A stretch of DNA of 64,000 nt from an uncultured Verrucomicrobiae bacterium (GTDB lineage: Bacteria > Verrucomicrobiota > Verrucomicrobiia > Limisphaerales > Palsa-1400). A model generated the notes under the pieces. It searched no databases. It saw nothing but the letters and a program-made list of their open reading frames with translations, and was not told where the DNA came from. The stretch is from assembly GCA_963707025.1 (NCBI GenBank), contig CAVPOM010000006.1, positions 480,001-544,000 of the forward strand, read 5' to 3'. Numbering within the stretch: the first letter of the stretch is position 1; each line of letters opens with the position of its first letter. Positions 59,818 through 64,000 of this stretch are shown in pieces. The position numbers and the translations under genes are program-made.

Positions 59818-61046
59818 CAGATGTTTCCCCCCAGTTTGCCCATGCGCCAGATTTCGCCGAGGCGGTATTGCTCCAGCCAGTGTTGCAATTTCGCCGATTC
59901 CAGCCGGCGGAACTCCGTGCCGCCGACATAATCGCAGACCAGCACCGATTCGGCCTGCTCGCTGAGGGCGGACACCAGCACGTCGGAGTGGGTGGTCACG
60001 ACCACCTGCGTCTTGGTCTTCGCTTCCACCAGCAACTCGGCGATGATGGCCAGCGCGTCAGGATGCAGCCCCAGTTCCGGCTCTTCAATGCACAGCAACG
60101 GCGTTTTGTTGGGATGCAGGAGCAAGGCCAGCAAAGCGAGAAAACGAATTGTACCGTCGGAAAGGCGCGTGGCCGGAACGGGGGTTTTGAGTCCGTCCTC
60201 GTGCAGGTAGATTTGCACCGAGCCGCCCTGTATCTTCGTGGTCAGCCGCGTAAACCGGGGCAGAAAACGCTGCATCAATTCTAGGAATCGCGGCCACGAA
60301 TCCTGATGTTCCAAGTCGTTCAACACATGACCGAGATTCACCAGGGTCGGCAGCAACGCATCACTCGGCAGGTTGGCCGGCTGCGCCTGGCGCAACGAAG
60401 AGGAGCGGCCAAAGCCCCACTCGCGAAAAATCTGGATGCGTCCGAACTGCTCCGCCACATGGGTAAGGTCTGGATAGAGGTCAGGATCTTTGCGCTGAGA
60501 GAAGATGGATTGCTCGGCGTTGAGACTTTTGGTTTCGATGAGATGTGGGGCGTACTTCGTTTTAGATTCATCATCCTTAATTTTTACTTTCACGTTAATG
60601 AGGGAGTTGCCCATGAGGCCGCCTCCTCCACCCTTCCGGCGGAAGAAGACATCATTCCGAAACTCTCTATCCAGCCCGCTTTCAAGGGTTTCGTCAACAA
60701 TCTCAATCCGACCACGCGTTTCGGTGAATGCCAGAAAATAAAGAATTTCCAGGGCCGCCGTTGTGGACCAAAGTCGCGCTGCAATACTGGCAGGTTGCGC
60801 CGGGGATGATCCCTTCCAAAGCCATTCCTCCGCTGTTCCGCCAATTCTGATGGCCTCGGCAAGATCGGTTGGCGTGGCGTGGAGCAGTTCAATGGCTTCA
60901 ATGAAATTGGATTTCCCCGAGGCGTTCGGCCCAATCAGCACGTTTAAAGGCGTCAACTCGATTTCCTTGCTGTCCGGGCCAAACGACAGGAAGTTGGTCA
61001 GTTTCAGACTCCTCAGAAATTGATTGCTCATGTCTTTTTGTGCCAT
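59817..61046 (-). CDS. AAA_21/OLD-like ABC ATPase (copy 2)
   Basis: GPNASGKSN, LSDGT, LCIEEPELGLHP, TTHS. Confidence 0.88.
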   Translation of the reverse strand: MAQKDMSNQFLRSLKLTNFLSFGPDSKEIELTPLNVLIGPNASGKSNFIEAIELLHATPTDLAEAIRIGGTAEEWLWKGSSPAQPASIAARLWSTTAALEILYFLAFTETRGRIEIVDETLESGLDREFRNDVFFRRKGGGGGLMGNSLINVKVKIKDDESKTKYAPHLIETKSLNAEQSIFSQRKDPDLYPDLTHVAEQFGRIQIFREWGFGRSSSLRQAQPANLPSDALLPTLVNLGHVLNDLEHQDSWPRFLELMQRFLPRFTRLTTKIQGGSVQIYLHEDGLKTPVPATRLSDGTIRFLALLALLLHPNKTPLLCIEEPELGLHPDALAIIAELLVEAKTKTQVVVTTHSDVLVSALSEQAESVLVCDYVGGTEFRRLESAKLQHWLEQYRLGEIWRMGKLGGNI

Positions 61047-61196
61047 CCGCGTCTTTTATGATTCACTCAGAGGCATTTTACAAGAAATCCTCCTGTTTTC
61101 ACGCAAATTCCGGGTTCGCATTTCGCCAGAATCGCCGAGCCGACCCGCCAGTTGCCAGTTGCCAACTTTTCTCCGCTGGCCCAAAGTATCGGGCGA

Positions 61197-62750
61197 ATGA
61201 GCAAATGTTTTTATGTGACTACGGCCATTGATTATATCAATGGCCAGCCGCACTTGGGCCATGCCTATGAGAAGGTCATCGCCGATGTGGTGGCGCGAGC
61301 CAGACGCAGCCTGGGCGAAACGGTTTTCTTCCTGACGGGACTGGACGAGCACGGGCAGAAGGTCCAGCAGGCGGCGCTGGCGGAAGGCAAGAATCCGCAG
61401 GAATACTGCGACGGGCTGGCGGTGACGTGGCGGGAGCTTTCCCGGAAGCTGGGCCTGTCGAATGATGATTTTGTCCGCACCACCGAACCGCGGCACAAAC
61501 TGGTGGTGCAGGCGTTTTTGTCGCGGTTGCACGCGGAGGGGCAGTTTTACAAGAAGACCTACCAGGGATTTTACTCGACCACCGCCGAAACATTTTTGAC
61601 AGAGAAAGACCGCCTGGCGGACGGCTCGTTTGATCCGGCTTACGGGAAGGTGGTCGAGCTGGAGGAGGAGAATTACTATTTCAAGCTGGGGCGGCACCAG
61701 CAGTGGCTGATTGATTATGTGCAGGCCAATCCCGCCTTCGTCGTGCCGGAGTCGCGTCGCAATGAGATTCTCGGATTTCTCAAGAACAACGAATTGGAGG
61801 ACCTGTGCATCAGGCGGCCCGCCGCGCGCTTGAATTGGGGAATTCCATTGCCCTTTGATCCGGCTTTTGTGACTTGGGTCTGGTTCGACGCGTTGACAAA
61901 CTATATCAGCATCCCCGCGGCCCACGGCGACCCGGCCGTGACCAACGCCCTGCCGGCGGCCATCGGCCAGCCGCCATCGGCCATTGAGCTGTGGCCCGCC
62001 GATGTCCAGGTCATCGGCAAGGACATTCTGAAATTTCACGCGGTCTTCTGGCCGATCATGCTCAAAGCCATGGGGCTGGAGATGCCCAAACAAATCCTGG
62101 TCCACGGCTGGTGGCAGAAGGACGGGGAAAAACTGAGCAAAAGCACGGGCAACGTGGTGGACCCGGTGAGGGTGATCGAGGAGTGGGGCTTGGATGCGTT
62201 CCGCTATTATGTCATCCGCGAATTGGACATAGGGCCGGACGGGAATTGGACCGATGCCGGTTTCCGCTCGCGTTACCAGGCCGAACTGGCCAACGGGCTG
62301 GGCAACCTGGTCAACCGCTCCCTTTCCATGATCCAGCGCTATCGCCGCGGGCGCGTGCCGCGCGGGACCAACCAACTGGCGGGGGAGATCGCGGCTTGCC
62401 GCGCGCGGGTGGTGGCCTGTTATCGCGGCCATCTTTTGCAGGAGGCCTTGCTGTGCGTCTGGGCCTTGATCACGCGGGCCAACCAATACATTGACCAAAC
62501 CAGCCCGTTCAAGCTGGCCAAGGAGCCGGCCCAGACCGCGCGGCTGGATGATATACTTTACACGCTGGCCGAGGTTTGCCGGACTTTGGGGGTTCTGCTT
62601 TGGCCGGTCATTCCCGGCACGGCGGAAAAACTCCAGCGGCAACTGGGTTTTGCCGAGGTGACGCCCCCTCTGGCCGAACCGACGGCGCCCATTGCGGAAG
62701 GCCACGAGTTGGGGGAAGTCTTTGCCCTTTTCCCTCGCAAAGAAGGCTGA
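61197..62750 (+). CDS. metG: Methionyl-tRNA synthetase (short form)
   Basis: HLGH, GLDEHG, IGKDILKFH, KLSKS; no CxxC zinc knuckle and no C-terminal Trbp domain. Confidence 0.95.
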   Translation: MSKCFYVTTAIDYINGQPHLGHAYEKVIADVVARARRSLGETVFFLTGLDEHGQKVQQAALAEGKNPQEYCDGLAVTWRELSRKLGLSNDDFVRTTEPRHKLVVQAFLSRLHAEGQFYKKTYQGFYSTTAETFLTEKDRLADGSFDPAYGKVVELEEENYYFKLGRHQQWLIDYVQANPAFVVPESRRNEILGFLKNNELEDLCIRRPAARLNWGIPLPFDPAFVTWVWFDALTNYISIPAAHGDPAVTNALPAAIGQPPSAIELWPADVQVIGKDILKFHAVFWPIMLKAMGLEMPKQILVHGWWQKDGEKLSKSTGNVVDPVRVIEEWGLDAFRYYVIRELDIGPDGNWTDAGFRSRYQAELANGLGNLVNRSLSMIQRYRRGRVPRGTNQLAGEIAACRARVVACYRGHLLQEALLCVWALITRANQYIDQTSPFKLAKEPAQTARLDDILYTLAEVCRTLGVLLWPVIPGTAEKLQRQLGFAEVTPPLAEPTAPIAEGHELGEVFALFPRKEG

Positions 62751-63020
62751 TTTCTGAAAGGCGATGGAAGGCGAGGCTGGACAATGGAAGATTGCGGATG
62801 GCGGATTGTTGACCCTCCGCAGGCTCGGCGATGGAGGGCGGATTTCCTCCTCCGCCAAAGCCACGGAGGACAGGGCGGAAGGCGGATTGCCGATGCAGAT
62901 GAGGCCTGGTTGGAAGCGGCGCGTCTTTGCCATCCTCCACCTTCCATTCTCCCTTCCCGCCCGCTCTTGCCTCTTGCCTCCCGCATGAACAGAAGCAACT
63001 ATTAGACTGTCTTGGTTATT

Positions 63021-64000
63021 GTGAACCGTTTGGAGCCAAACATGCGCCTTCGCCAGCCGACCCTGCGGATGCCGGAGGGGTCCGGTGGCCGGATCTTCCC
63101 GGCGGGGCTGTTCCTGGCGGGCTGGTTGCTGGCGGCCGCATCCGCGCTGGCCCAGGCGAAATTTGAGGCCACCTTGGACCGCGACTCGATCAGCCTGGGG
63201 GAATCCACCACCTTGACCATGACGGTGGAAAACGGCTCGCTCCAGGGCCAGGTCAACCCGCCGCCCGTGCCGGGCCTGCAATATGGCGGCACCAGCACAC
63301 AGCAACAGACGCTCTTCGACGGCGCGCATCTTACGGTCAAGACCATTGTTTCGGTGGAGGTCCAGCCCACCCGCGAAGGGAGTTTTACCATCCCCGCCAT
63401 CCAGGCCGCCGTGGATGGCCGGCGTTTGGCGAGCAAGCCGCTGACCTTAAGAGTGGCCAAAGGAAATCTGCCGCCGACGCCCGACAAACTGGAAGGTGCT
63501 TTTGTCAGACTTGCCGTGCCCACCAACACCATTTATGCCGGCCAGGTCATCCCGCTGGAGATCAAGTGTTATTGCCAGGCGGTCTCCCGGGTGGAGCCGC
63601 CGCAGTTGAGCAGCGACGCCTTCATCATCGGGGCCATGCCGGAGGTTCCCCAGCGCGCGCCCCAGGTCAACATCAACGGCACGATTTACAATTTTATTAG
63701 TTTCCGCCTCCCGGTCACAGCCACCAAGGCCGGGGACATCACCCTCGGTCCGGCGACTTGGAGCGTGACGCTGGTGACGCGGCGGGATTTTTTTGGCAAC
63801 CCTTTCAGCACCGCGCCGGCCAATCCCAGCAGCGACACGCTGGCCTTTCATGTCCTGCCCATCCCGACCAACAATGTCCCTCCCGGCTTCCATGGCGCGG
63901 TGGGCGAATTTTCCCTGGCCCAATTCGAGGCCGGTCCCGCCACCGTGGCCGTGGGCGACCCGATCACCTTGAAAATCCGCTTCGCCGGCAAAGGCTCGTT
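63021..64000 (+). CDS. BatD-like protein (runs off the window edge)
   Basis: Not in the ORF track. Manual translation gives a signal peptide, ATLDRDSISLGES, PTREGSFTIP, GFHGAVGEF, VGDPITLKI. Confidence 0.75.
   Translation, partial: MNRLEPNMRLRQPTLRMPEGSGGRIFPAGLFLAGWLLAAASALAQAKFEATLDRDSISLGESTTLTMTVENGSLQGQVNPPPVPGLQYGGTSTQQQTLFDGAHLTVKTIVSVEVQPTREGSFTIPAIQAAVDGRRLASKPLTLRVAKGNLPPTPDKLEGAFVRLAVPTNTIYAGQVIPLEIKCYCQAVSRVEPPQLSSDAFIIGAMPEVPQRAPQVNINGTIYNFISFRLPVTATKAGDITLGPATWSVTLVTRRDFFGNPFSTAPANPSSDTLAFHVLPIPTNNVPPGFHGAVGEFSLAQFEAGPATVAVGDPITLKIRFAGKGS

Overview
GC-rich bacterial chromosomal window; the gene content and repeat types suggest Verrucomicrobiota (Pedosphaerales-like), which is an inference. 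In order it contains: a type II secretion/pseudopilus cluster (gspE-F-G-H-I-J-K-L, minus strand) preceded by two Gly-rich secreted paralogues with a sigma54-type promoter; an XRE repressor with a divergent small gene; moaD/moaE; a DUF5695-like glycan enzyme; a small accessory island with an IS4 element; a MutS-like ATPase; a Fic-like ORF with a fully nested same-strand ORF; a ParE-type TA pair; gluconokinase, GH95, a ClpX-like ATPase, a prepilin-like protein and GH31; a five-gene GldA/F/G-like ABC + DUF4340 + AsmA-like operon; DUF2851; IS630; a RelB/MazF TA pair; infC; an isolated fliG-fliM pair with back-to-back sigma28 promoters; leuA with a Leu attenuator; mnmA, a WecA/MraY-like enzyme, a ClC channel, metG and a BatD-like gene. 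Two divergent copies of an ABC/AAA ATPase + DUF4276-like TOPRIM cassette are candidate defence systems. The best candidates for something undescribed are the nested Fic-like/antitoxin locus, the ATPase+TOPRIM cassettes, the sigma28-driven fliG-fliM pair and the ABC-to-AsmA operon. Intergenic DNA carries several repeat families (GATTAA palindromes, REP/REPIN-carrying MITEs, 7- and 10-mer arrays). Five single-base insertions in otherwise intact genes probably reflect assembly errors. All family calls come from motif recognition by eye; no searches were run.
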